Positions 1 through 8,833 of a stretch of 64,000 nt of DNA are shown one piece after another. Under the pieces are notes generated by a model. That model did no database searches. It was given only the letters and a program-made list of their open reading frames with translations, and was not told where the DNA came from. This stretch comes from Terriglobales bacterium (GTDB lineage Bacteria > Acidobacteriota > Terriglobia > Terriglobales > SCQP01), in NCBI GenBank assembly GCA_050747745.1, contig JBOGKM010000029.1:8993-72992 (forward strand), read 5' to 3'. The translations under genes and the position numbers were made by a program. Each line of letters opens with the position of its first letter. The first letter of the stretch is position 1.

Positions 1-1
1 G

Positions 2-2038
2 CTGGGCACGATCGGTTACATGGCGCCGGAGCAGGTGCGCGGCCAGGCGGCGGACGCGCGCAGCGATATTTTCAGCCTGGGCGCGGTGCTGTATGAAATG
101 CTTGCCGGCCGCCGCGCCTTTCGTGGTGATTCGGCAGCCGACACCATGAGCGCCATCCTCAAAGAGGAGCCAGACGAAATCTCCGCACCCGCGAGCGGCG
201 CCGCCGTGCCGCCGGGGCTGGAACGGCTGGTCCGGCATTGTCTGGAAAAAGAGCCGCGGCAGCGCTTCCAATCGCCTGATGACGTCGCTTACCAGTTGGG
301 CGAGTTCAGCCTCGGCTCCAACGCCACTTCGGGCGGCCTTGCCACCATGGCTGGTCCTGCGCGCCGGCGCTGGCTCTGGCCCGCCATCACCGCCGCCGCG
401 GTCATCGCTGCCGTGGCCATCACCTGGTTCGCCCGCGGCGGGAGCAGCACGGTTTCGCTACAAACCGAGCGGCTCACGTACCAGAACGGGCCCGTCGACG
501 GCGCGGCGTTTCTGCCCGGCGATCAGGCCTTTATCATCAGCGCGCAGTTCGGCGGCGCCAGCCAGGATGAACTCTACACCGGCCAGATCGGCACGCCCGG
601 CCTCGAGCCGTTGGGCGTGAGTGGCGAAGTGGTCGCCTCGGTTTCGAAATCCGGCGAGATCCTGCTGCTGCAACAGGGCCCGCATTACCGCAATGGCGGC
701 GCCGGCACTCTTTCGGAGATGCCGCGTACCGGCGGCGCGCCGCGTCCGCTGTTGGACCATATCGCGGCTGCCTGCTGGAATCCTGCAGGCACGGCGTATG
801 CCATCGTGCGCCAGGATCCAGCCACGGGCGGTGAAACGCTGGAATATCCGCCCGGCCATGCGTTGGCCGCGACTTCGGGTTGGTTCGACTACCCGCGCTT
901 TTCCCTGGATGGCCGCAACATCGCGCTACTCGACCACCCCGAGCCGGTTGATAACCTCGGCTACGTAGCCGTGGTGAGCCTAGGCGGGCACCTGCGGCGG
1001 CTTACCGCCATCTACAACCCGGCCTATAGCCTGGCTTGGGCGCCCTCGGGCCGCGAGCTTTGGTTCACGGGTCACCCCAACGCCGGCGCCGCCACCAGCA
1101 GCCTCAGCGTGTTCGCGGTCGCGCTCTCCGGCGCCGTCCACCCGCTGCTTTCGCCCGTGGTCCCTGAGTCCAGCCTCGAGGACGTCGCCGCCGACGGTGC
1201 GGTGCTGCTGAACGGAGAAAATTTCCGTGTCTCCGTGCGCGCCTTCACACCCTCTGCGCCCCAGGGCCGCGATCTCACTGTGTTGTCTTTTGCGGCGCTG
1301 GGCCAGCTTTCTCCGGGCGGCCGTGAAGCGCTGGTCGGCGACTTCATGATCACGCCCGGCTATGCGACCTATCTCCGCTCCACTGCTGGCGGCGCACCCG
1401 TCCGGCTGGGCCCAGGCGCGCCGATGGCGCTCTCACCTGATGGCCAGTGGGCGCTCAGCCTGGTTCCCACCAAGCTCCCTCAGCTCGAGCTGCTGCCCAC
1501 GGGCGCGGGAGCAGCCCGCCGGCTTACCCATGCCCAAGTCGATTTTTCGGCGGCACGCTTTCTGCCCGGCGGCCGCGGCATCGTCGCGGTTGGTGCCGCG
1601 CCGGGCCAACCGCCGCGTACCTACCTGGTCAGCCTCAGCGGCCAGGTTGCCGCGCTAACCCCGGAGGGCGTGGTCGGCGATCTCCCCACGCCCGATGGCA
1701 ACCACGTGCTGGTGCAGGATGCCCAGAACCGCTGGTTTCTGTTTCCGCTCGCCGGCGGCGCGCCGATGCCGGTGGCGCAGCTCACCAGTGCCGATCAGCC
1801 GCTGCGCTTCGGCGTGCGCGCGGGTCAGCTCTTCGTTGCCGACAAGGGAGCGAGCGGGTACGGCATTGTCAGCCTGAACCTTCGGACCGGCCAGCGGACG
1901 CTGCTGCACACGCTCGCCGCAACAGGTTACGTGTCCTTTCACACCCCCGAGATCGCCATCTCCCGCGACGGCGCGACCTACGCCTACGTCTATAAGCAAG
2001 AAGCAGGAACGGTGTATTTGGTTCGCGGCCTGCACTGA
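2..2038 (+). CDS. Ser/Thr protein kinase, C-terminal part (5' end lies outside the window): late kinase subdomains, one TM helix, TolB/PD40-like beta-propeller
   Basis: The frame is open from nt 2 (LGTIGYMAPEQ..DIFSLGAVLYEML, kinase APE/subdomain IX region). TM segment 'WLWPAITAAAVIAAVAITWF'. Repeated SPDG/SRDG propeller-like segments. Same architecture as 54170..56794. Confidence 0.85.
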   Translation: MGTIGYMAPEQVRGQAADARSDIFSLGAVLYEMLAGRRAFRGDSAADTMSAILKEEPDEISAPASGAAVPPGLERLVRHCLEKEPRQRFQSPDDVAYQLGEFSLGSNATSGGLATMAGPARRRWLWPAITAAAVIAAVAITWFARGGSSTVSLQTERLTYQNGPVDGAAFLPGDQAFIISAQFGGASQDELYTGQIGTPGLEPLGVSGEVVASVSKSGEILLLQQGPHYRNGGAGTLSEMPRTGGAPRPLLDHIAAACWNPAGTAYAIVRQDPATGGETLEYPPGHALAATSGWFDYPRFSLDGRNIALLDHPEPVDNLGYVAVVSLGGHLRRLTAIYNPAYSLAWAPSGRELWFTGHPNAGAATSSLSVFAVALSGAVHPLLSPVVPESSLEDVAADGAVLLNGENFRVSVRAFTPSAPQGRDLTVLSFAALGQLSPGGREALVGDFMITPGYATYLRSTAGGAPVRLGPGAPMALSPDGQWALSLVPTKLPQLELLPTGAGAARRLTHAQVDFSAARFLPGGRGIVAVGAAPGQPPRTYLVSLSGQVAALTPEGVVGDLPTPDGNHVLVQDAQNRWFLFPLAGGAPMPVAQLTSADQPLRFGVRAGQLFVADKGASGYGIVSLNLRTGQRTLLHTLAATGYVSFHTPEIAISRDGATYAYVYKQEAGTVYLVRGLH

Positions 2039-2041
2039 CTC

Positions 2042-3385
2042 TCATCCAGCTACGCGAGCAAACTGCTCGCCGGTGGGCTCGGCTCAACAGAACCAGGGCT
2101 CGTCAAGATAGGGAACGGTCGCGCGCGGCATCGCCTGCGGCGGCCGGCGCACACCGCCCGCCAGCGCGCAAATCTCGGCAAACGTCTCCACGCGCGGGCG
2201 CCGCATCTTCGCCGCGCGGGCGACCGCCTGCTGCACCTGCGCGCACAGCTCGTCGGCTTCGGGCTCGAGCGCGCGCCAGCGGAAGCTGAGCGCGGAGTCG
2301 TCGAACTCGCCCAGCCACTGCGCCGCGTCCGGCAGCTCCAGCATCCGCGAGCCGCGCGGCACCAGCAGACGGATGCCCCACTGCACCGGCGCGATCTGCT
2401 CCTCCAGACCGAGCTCGGCCGCCGTTTCCAGCATGGCGCGGAAGCTGGAGCGCGTGGTCCAGGGGGTGAAGACGACAAAGGTGGGGTTCAGAGGCAGGCC
2501 GAGCGCGCGCGTGAGCTCGAGCGCACGGGAAAAATCTGCCGCCGTGTGGCCCTTTTCCAGCCGTGCCAGCACGGCATCCTCAAACGATTCCACCGCGGTG
2601 GTGATGAGCACGCAACCGGCCTGCTGGAGCCGAGGCAGCAGGGCCGCATGGCGCAGCAGGTGCTCGATCTTGATGGTCACATCGAAGCTGAGGGCGGGAA
2701 ACTCGCGGTGCAGCGCCTCGGCAATGCGGACCGCGTGGGTGGGGCCATTGAAAAAATCAGGGTCGCCAAAGGTGATGTGTTCGGCGCCGCCGGTGGCCTG
2801 CTGGCGGATGTCGGCGAGCACGATCTCCGGCGCGACGATCCTGAACTGGCCGTTATAGATGGGCACGATGGGGCAATGGCGGCAGCGGTGCTTGCACCCG
2901 CGCGAGGATTCGGTGTAGCCGGTGCGCCGGCGCGAGCCGTCCGGCAAGTGCAGATGCGCGTACTCCTCGAGCGGCGGCAGGCTGGCGCGATCGGGCCGGA
3001 GGAATTGCAGGCGCGGAATTGGGCCGTCCGTTTCCTCGCCGCCCGCCAGGTCGGCCTCGAACTCCGGCCCCAACACCGTGTCCACACCCGCGGTGCGCAG
3101 CAGGTCGGCGTTGATGGGCGCGTACAGTCCGAACGCAATCAGCCGTGCCCGCGGCGCGGCGGCGCGCAGTCGCGGCAGCAGTTCCAACGCGAGGCGCGTA
3201 GCTGTGTGCATCGGCAAATACAGTCCGACCAGATCGGCCGCAGCGAGCGCGTGGTTGTCGAGTTCGTGCCGCGAAACATCGGTGCACGCCGCCTGCCAGC
3301 CGGCGCGCTGCAGCCACGCCGCCGCCGAGGCAAGCCCGAACGGCTGCCGTCCCATCTCGTAAGTGCCGATCAGCAGCGCCCGCAT
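2042..3385 (-). CDS. B12-binding-domain radical SAM protein, CUAEP/CCAEP-tail family, predicted selenoprotein (in-frame UGA at 2084-2086 read as Sec; true stop TGA at 2042-2044)
   Basis: The ORF 2084..3385 carries the radical SAM cluster motif 'SSRGCKHRCRHCPIV' (CxxxCxxC) after an N-terminal B12-binding-like domain. It ends ...EPWFC-TGA. Continuing in frame gives AEPTGEQFARVAG-TGA, so the tail reads F-C-U-A-E-P. A hairpin lies 13 nt after the UGA. Confidence 0.8.
2054..2070 (-). promoter_or_regulatory. Candidate bacterial SECIS hairpin downstream of the in-frame UGA
   Basis: The minus-strand RNA reads GCGAGCA-GUU-UGCUCGC, a perfect 7-bp stem with a G/U-containing apical loop. It starts 13 nt after the UGA at 2084-2086. 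Possible lower pairing AGC/GCU. Not folded computationally. Confidence 0.55.
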
Positions 3386-3498
3386 ACGCCCATTTTAATG
3401 GACGAGCGGCGACCAGCCCGGGCCAACCGCTGCCATTCGTAGCTTCGAGGTTCGGAACGTTTGAGTTATGCCATCCTGAAATTGTTCAGGAGGATTCC

Positions 3499-4275
3499 AT
3501 GCGGGTAGCGATTATCACCGGGGCGGCGCAGGGCATTGGCCGCAAAACCGCCGAGGTGCTGGCCGAGCGCGGCTATGCTCTGGCACTGGTCGATCTGAAA
3601 GGTTCGGCGGCGACAGCGGCGGCGGTGTGCGGGCTGGGCACGCCCGAACCGCCGCTGGATCTGAGCGGCGACGTCGCCGCTCCCAAAACCGCAGCGCAGG
3701 TCGCCGCCGCCGTCACCGGCCGCTGGGGTCATTGCGATGTGCTGGTCAACAACGCCGGCATCAGCTTCATCCAGCGCGCCGAAGAACTCGATCCGCAGCG
3801 CGCGCGGCGCGTGGTTGAAGTCAACCTGCTCGGGCCCATGCTGTTCTCGCAAGCCTGCGGGCGCATGATGCTCGAAGCGGCGAGCGGCAGCATTATCAAC
3901 GTGGCCTCGGTCGCTGGGTTGCAGGGCATCGCCGACCGTTCCGTCTACAACGCCACCAAACACGGCCTCATCGGCTACACGCGCACGCTGGCGGCGGAAT
4001 GGGGCGGGCGCGGTGTGCGCGTCAACGCGGTTTGTCCGGGCTGGGTGAAAACCGAAATGGACGATAGCGCGCAGGCTTCCGGCCTCTACTCCGACGCTGA
4101 CATCACCGCCCGTGTCCCCATGGGCCGCTTTGCCCTGCCCGAGGATGTCGCGCGCGCCATCGCCTTTCTGGCCGATCCGGCCGAGAGCGGTTTCATCAAC
4201 GGCGTGGCGCTGCCTGTAGATGGCGGCTGGACCGCCGACGGAAGCTGGCACAATCTGCGTTTGGCTCACCGCTGA
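3499..4275 (+). CDS. SDR family oxidoreductase (FabG-like short-chain dehydrogenase)
   Basis: 'VAIITGAAQGIGR' Rossmann TGxxxGxG motif, 'NNAG', and 'YNATKHG' (YxxxK catalytic motif). About 258 aa, typical of a classical SDR. Confidence 0.9.
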   Translation: MRVAIITGAAQGIGRKTAEVLAERGYALALVDLKGSAATAAAVCGLGTPEPPLDLSGDVAAPKTAAQVAAAVTGRWGHCDVLVNNAGISFIQRAEELDPQRARRVVEVNLLGPMLFSQACGRMMLEAASGSIINVASVAGLQGIADRSVYNATKHGLIGYTRTLAAEWGGRGVRVNAVCPGWVKTEMDDSAQASGLYSDADITARVPMGRFALPEDVARAIAFLADPAESGFINGVALPVDGGWTADGSWHNLRLAHR

Positions 4276-4865
4276 TGCGGGAGCGGAAGCAGCAGCATGG
4301 CGATAAACAGCACGCCTATAACGTAGAGGCCGATTTCTGGGACGAGGCCAATTGCGAGCGGCGCCGGCGCGTCGATCTTCAGTCCAAAGCGGTGCAGCAG
4401 GCCGGGTAGTCCTTGCTGCGCGCGCGTCAGGTCGGCTTGCGCCACATGCGTCAGAGCGCGGCTGGCGACGATGGCGTAGGCGCAGGCCGCCAGGCCCGCG
4501 ATGGCGTCGGCCAGATACACCCAGCGCCAGCGCAGCCCTAGCCAGAGCAGGCTGAGCAGCGCGCACAGCCCGGCCACTATCGCCGCCAGCGGAACCAGCG
4601 CTCCCAGCGTGAGCGCGCGCTGCAGCTCCGGCGAAGTTTTGCCGCCCCCGAACAGCCGGGCCAGCGTCTGCGCCTGGCGGACAATATCGCGCAGCGAAGG
4701 CTGACCGGGCTTGGGCTGCGCCCTGACGGCGTGTACCGCCTCGGCGCCAAGCTGGCCGACCGTCCACTCACGCGCGGTGACCAGCGGCGCCTGCGCGCGC
4801 AGCGCGGGCAGCAGGATTACCGCCAGCACCGCCAGCACGGAAGCAGTCCACCGCAGGGGCCACAT
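4266..4865 (-). CDS. Hypothetical membrane protein
   Basis: N-terminal signal/anchor 'VLAVLAVILLPALRAQA' plus 3-4 predicted hydrophobic helices. No recognised motif. Its 3' end overlaps the convergent SDR gene by 10 nt. Confidence 0.55.
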   Translation of the reverse strand: MWPLRWTASVLAVLAVILLPALRAQAPLVTAREWTVGQLGAEAVHAVRAQPKPGQPSLRDIVRQAQTLARLFGGGKTSPELQRALTLGALVPLAAIVAGLCALLSLLWLGLRWRWVYLADAIAGLAACAYAIVASRALTHVAQADLTRAQQGLPGLLHRFGLKIDAPAPLAIGLVPEIGLYVIGVLFIAMLLLPLPHQR

Positions 4866-4882
4866 AGGCCCTTAGGATAGCC

Positions 4883-5089
4883 TCACACTGCCCTTTGCTG
4901 ATTGCGCAGCCTGATTACGTCGCTGCGGGTGCGGTCCAGCACCGCCATGGCTTCCTGCAGCTTGCGCTCGGCATCCTGGCGGCGCTGCACCGAGTAGACA
5001 TGCCGCGCCAACTCGATTTGCAGCGCCTCAACTTTCCGGTAAGCAGACCGGTAGGCACGTTCCTGAGGTGAATCCAAGCGAAGCTCCAA
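4883..5089 (-). CDS. Small hypothetical protein (68 aa, predicted coiled coil)
   Basis: ATG-initiated ORF rich in R/Q/E heptad-like sequence. No motif. Supported only by being the best ORF in this gap. Confidence 0.3.
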   Translation of the reverse strand: MELRLDSPQERAYRSAYRKVEALQIELARHVYSVQRRQDAERKLQEAMAVLDRTRSDVIRLRNQQRAV

Positions 5090-5138
5090 AATGACTCGGA
5101 TGCACGCTGTCCCGAATTGGACATCCTAAACTAAAGAA

Positions 5139-5762
5139 GTGAGCGATCGCATTCGTTTAAGCCTGTGGTTTGAGTCGCAGACTACAGCGCAGATCCTGCC
5201 GCGACTGGCCGATGCCGTCGCGGTGTTGCCACAGGAGGCGCAAGTGCGCGGCGTGCGGCAGTTTTCCGTGGTGCCGATAGACTGGAACGAGCCGGCGGTG
5301 ATCGAGGAACGACCCGAAGCCGGGGTGAGCGCCGAGGAAGCCATCGAAGCGATGCGCGAGTTCATGCATGAGGATTGTGCGGCGGAGATCGAGCTGAGCT
5401 GGCTGCTGTGGACCTACAGTGGCGGCAGTTGGCAGCAGGCGCCGCATCAGCTGCGCTTTACTGGCATGGGACCGGCATTCGGCGGCGGCAGCGCACGCGA
5501 AGACGGTCAGATCAGCGTGGATTTTGGGCTGGACGAAGCGTTTTTGGCCGATCTGGCGCCGTGGAACCGAGAAACGCGCCAGCATTTGCAGGCCAACATC
5601 ATCCAACTGCTGGTGTATGCGCACCGGTTGCAGGAGCAGCTTCATCCGGCGGAACGGCGCCTGTGGTCGGACGGGGAAAGCGACTGGACGGCGAAGCTGA
5701 CGCGGCGGCTGGAGTTGGCGAGTTCGGAAGCAGGCACAGGAGCCGAAAACCTTGTGCAGTAG
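5139..5762 (+). CDS. Hypothetical acidic protein
   Basis: GTG-start ORF of 207 aa with protein-like composition. The opposite-strand ORF is Arg/Pro-rich shadow sequence. No recognised domain. Confidence 0.55.
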   Translation: MSDRIRLSLWFESQTTAQILPRLADAVAVLPQEAQVRGVRQFSVVPIDWNEPAVIEERPEAGVSAEEAIEAMREFMHEDCAAEIELSWLLWTYSGGSWQQAPHQLRFTGMGPAFGGGSAREDGQISVDFGLDEAFLADLAPWNRETRQHLQANIIQLLVYAHRLQEQLHPAERRLWSDGESDWTAKLTRRLELASSEAGTGAENLVQ

Positions 5763-6336
5763 GGCAACTGCAGTGCTGGCGTGCGTGGCTATTTTGGCCA
5801 CGTTGGTCGCGGCAGCACGCGGGCAGGATCCGGCCGATAGCGCCGATCGCCCGGCCGGAAACGTCAACGAACTCACCCTGGCAGGACTGCGGCCGGGGCG
5901 AAGCACGATTGCGCTGGCGGAGGCGCTCTGGGGGTACAGTTGGCGCCATCCCTCGCGCGACGAAGGTGATCTTTACGTCTGGTGCGACGCGCGCACGCAC
6001 CTCAAACTCACGCTGGAGGCCAGGCCCGGCGGCCTGATCCGGGTGGTGACCGTAAGCCGCATGCCGCCGGCGCGGCCGCTGGGCGCATGCAGCGCGGTGC
6101 TGGATGACAAAGTGGAAACCACCGGCCGCGGCGTGCGGCTGGGGGATACGCCGCGACAGCTCAAGCAGGTCTACGGCAAGCCGTTTTTTAGCGGACCGTC
6201 CAGCTGGGATGGGCACGACGTGAACATGATCGTGTTCAATTTTTCCTGGGCGGGCATCCACAAGCCGCAGATTCTGGAGTCGAGCTTCGCGGCGGGCAAA
6301 CTGGTGAAGATGACCCTCTCGGCCCAGTATTACTGA
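5752..6336 (+). CDS. Hypothetical secreted protein
   Basis: Signal peptide 'AVLACVAILATLVAAARGQD'. The start is ambiguous (TTG 5752 or GTG about 5773). It overlaps the upstream gene's end, which suggests an operon. Confidence 0.6.
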   Translation: MCSRATAVLACVAILATLVAAARGQDPADSADRPAGNVNELTLAGLRPGRSTIALAEALWGYSWRHPSRDEGDLYVWCDARTHLKLTLEARPGGLIRVVTVSRMPPARPLGACSAVLDDKVETTGRGVRLGDTPRQLKQVYGKPFFSGPSSWDGHDVNMIVFNFSWAGIHKPQILESSFAAGKLVKMTLSAQYY

Positions 6337-6367
6337 AGCGTGCGGCCAGTGGCATCCTAACAGCAAG

Positions 6368-7021
6368 ATGCTGCCCACGGGCAACGGCTGGCTGGCGGGG
6401 GTGTTTTATTTCTTCGTGGGCATGGGCGCGCCCGGACTGCTGCTGCTGGGAGTGCTCGATTCCAGCTTTTTGGCGCTGCCGTTCGCCAACGATATCGCCG
6501 TGATCGTGCTGGTGTCGCTGCACCACGGCCGCCTCCTGCTCTACGTGATCGCGGCGACGGCGGGTTCGCTGGCGGGCTGCTGGATCATGTTCTACATCGG
6601 GCGGCAGGGGGGCGAGCGCTTTCTGCGCGCGCACATGTCGGAGCAGCGTTTCCAGCGGCTGCAGGCGGCGATTGGAATGCGCGGTCCGGTGCTGCTGGCG
6701 GTTCCGGCGCTGATCCCGCCGCCGTTTCCGTTTACCGCCTTCGTGCTGGGCGCCGGGGCGCTGGAGGTGAAGCGCAGGCCGTTTCTGTCCATGTTGACCG
6801 CCATGCGCTTCCTGCGCTTTCTGGCCGAGGGCATTGCCGCGATTTATTTCGGCCGCGGCATCACGCGCTGGCTGAACACGCTGGGATTTCATCGCTTCAT
6901 CCAGGTTCTGATGGGGCTGGCGATCGTGGCCAGCGCCTACTCGATCTACCGTTTGGTGAAAGCCTCGCGCGCCAAGCCGGTCATCGATCCGCACCGGCTG
7001 CTTCACAACGGCATGAAATAA
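6368..7021 (+). CDS. DedA/YqaA-family (VTT/SNARE-associated domain) membrane protein
   Basis: Pattern 'LDSSFLALPFANDIAVI...AATAGSLAGCWIMFYIGRQGG...RGPVLLAVPALIPPPFP..TAFVLGAG' matches the YqaA/DedA arrangement. Multiple TM helices. Confidence 0.75.
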   Translation: MLPTGNGWLAGVFYFFVGMGAPGLLLLGVLDSSFLALPFANDIAVIVLVSLHHGRLLLYVIAATAGSLAGCWIMFYIGRQGGERFLRAHMSEQRFQRLQAAIGMRGPVLLAVPALIPPPFPFTAFVLGAGALEVKRRPFLSMLTAMRFLRFLAEGIAAIYFGRGITRWLNTLGFHRFIQVLMGLAIVASAYSIYRLVKASRAKPVIDPHRLLHNGMK

Positions 7022-8187
7022 AAGCCGGCGGCCAGAATGGCGTAGACGGCGATCAGTTGCGCGCCCTCGAGCCAGTTGGTTTCGCCATCGGCGGCGATCA
7101 TACCCACCATTACCGTGGACAGCACCACGGCGGCCACCTCGATGCCGGTGAACACGAGCGACATGGGATGGCCGAACCACAGCGAAATGAACACCAGCGC
7201 AGGCGCCAGCAGGAGCGCGATCTGCAGGCTGGAGCCGACGCCGATCGCCATGGCGAGATCCATTTCATTGCGGCGCGCGGCCATGACCGCGACGCCATGC
7301 TCGGCGGCGTTGCCGATGAGCGCGAAGATCACCCCGCCCCAGAACAGATCGGTGCCGTGGAAGGCGGCCTGGGCGGTTTGCAGCTCGCGCACCAGCAATT
7401 CGCTGAGCACGGCGGTGAGGATGACCGCGATGCTCATCTGCAGCGCGGGACCGCGGCGACGGCCGACCGCGCGCGTGCGTCCACTGACCCGGGCGGCGCG
7501 CAACTGGAAATAGAGGCTGAGGCCGTACATGATGATCAGGATGCCGGCGGTCCACAGGCTCAGATTTTCCAGGCTGGGATGCTCGGCGCCCAGCCCGCCG
7601 TAAACGGCGAGAGAAAACACGGCGGGCACCACCAGACCGACCGCGGCCAGAAACAACATGGTTGCGTTGCTGGCGGCAACGGTCTTGTTGACCGTCTGGC
7701 GCTCAAACTTCAGCCCTCCCAGCAGCATGGAAAATCCCAGCACCAGCAGCAGGTTGGAAATAATGCTCCCGGTGAGCGAGGCCTTGACGACCTCCAGCAG
7801 TCCGGCATTCAGCGCCGCCAGGGCCAGGATCAGTTCGCTCGCGTTACCCAGCGTGGATTGCAGCACCCCGGCGGCCAGCGGACCCATGCGGTTCGCCAAC
7901 TGGTCGGTGGTGGCGCCCAGGACCGCGGCCAGCGGAATCAGACCCAGCGCCGAAAAAATGAATATCCAAAGCGGACTGCCGCCCAGCACATCCAGCACAA
8001 TCGCAGCCACCACGGCCAGCAGCAGCCAATCCAGTCCAGGCGCGCCGGTGAGCCGGATTTTCTGTGGTTCTGGGCTGGATCCCGAGTTGCGCACGGCAGC
8101 ATTCACGGTACACTGAAATGAATTTCGAGTGGTAGCCGCCCCCATGGTTTCCCGCTTGCTCACTTTATTTTTGTGCGCTGTCTGCAC
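7003..8187 (-). CDS. Ca2+/H+ antiporter (CAX/ChaA family)
   Basis: Both CAX alpha-repeat signatures are present: 'GNASELILALAAL' and 'GNAAEHGVAVMAA'. About 11 TM helices. The true start is probably internal (ATG 8145 or GTG 8106), because the longest ORF overlaps the divergent gene. Confidence 0.9.
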   Translation of the reverse strand: MQTAHKNKVSKRETMGAATTRNSFQCTVNAAVRNSGSSPEPQKIRLTGAPGLDWLLLAVVAAIVLDVLGGSPLWIFIFSALGLIPLAAVLGATTDQLANRMGPLAAGVLQSTLGNASELILALAALNAGLLEVVKASLTGSIISNLLLVLGFSMLLGGLKFERQTVNKTVAASNATMLFLAAVGLVVPAVFSLAVYGGLGAEHPSLENLSLWTAGILIIMYGLSLYFQLRAARVSGRTRAVGRRRGPALQMSIAVILTAVLSELLVRELQTAQAAFHGTDLFWGGVIFALIGNAAEHGVAVMAARRNEMDLAMAIGVGSSLQIALLLAPALVFISLWFGHPMSLVFTGIEVAAVVLSTVMVGMIAADGETNWLEGAQLIAVYAILAAGFYFMPL

Positions 8188-8824
8188 CGCGGCCCCGGCG
8201 GCGGCGCAATTTCCGTTTTTGCACCACGCGGACAGCTCGGGATTTAAAACCTATGGCAAAATCACCTCGTTTTTGCTCAACGTGCCGCTGTCCTCGCCGC
8301 CCCTGAGTTCGTTGGCTCAGTTTCCGCTGAATCATTTCACCTACGTGCTCTATCCCACCGCCTCTTCCGGTGCCGAAGGGATGGTGCCGGGCAACACGAC
8401 CACGGGCGAGCCGCTGCTGATTCCGGTCCAGCGCGGCATCTACGATCACCACGCCGACACGGGCAATCCGCTCGAGTTTCAAGTGATCAAGGATCAGGCG
8501 GCTGTGCTGCCCCAAGCCCCCGGCAAGCAAGGCCTGCTAGTCTACACGGTGCTCTACACCGGCGACCGGCTCGCCAATTGCACCGGCGTGGTGCAGTTGC
8601 TCGAGATCGAGCGGGGTAAGCTCATCCTTGCCGATCAGTTCAGCTACGACTGCCGCGGCGGCGCCGGCGCGGAGTGGGACGCGCATAAACGCCAGCTCAC
8701 CATCCGCTCAGCCCGCTACTCATTGGGCGACCAGTCCTGCTGTCCCAGCCGCTATGACAGCGTGGTGTTCAAGCTCGATGGCAGGAGCATAAAAACCGGC
8801 GACAAGACCATCGGCGATCAGTAA
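8129..8824 (+). CDS. Hypothetical secreted protein
   Basis: Signal peptide 'MVSRLLTLFLCAVCTAAPAAAQ' (likely start 8144). Cys-containing C-terminal domain ('DCRGG...DQSCCPSRYD'). No confident family call. Confidence 0.65.
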   Translation: MVAAPMVSRLLTLFLCAVCTAAPAAAQFPFLHHADSSGFKTYGKITSFLLNVPLSSPPLSSLAQFPLNHFTYVLYPTASSGAEGMVPGNTTTGEPLLIPVQRGIYDHHADTGNPLEFQVIKDQAAVLPQAPGKQGLLVYTVLYTGDRLANCTGVVQLLEIERGKLILADQFSYDCRGGAGAEWDAHKRQLTIRSARYSLGDQSCCPSRYDSVVFKLDGRSIKTGDKTIGDQ

Positions 8825-8833
8825 GCAGCGGCC

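Noticed and set aside
3466-4767. 433-aa minus-strand ORF spanning the SDR gene and the neighbouring membrane-protein gene
   Set aside because: It is Arg/Ala/Gly/Pro-rich with no motifs. It runs antisense to a textbook SDR (TGxxxGxG, YxxxK). This is a typical high-GC shadow ORF.
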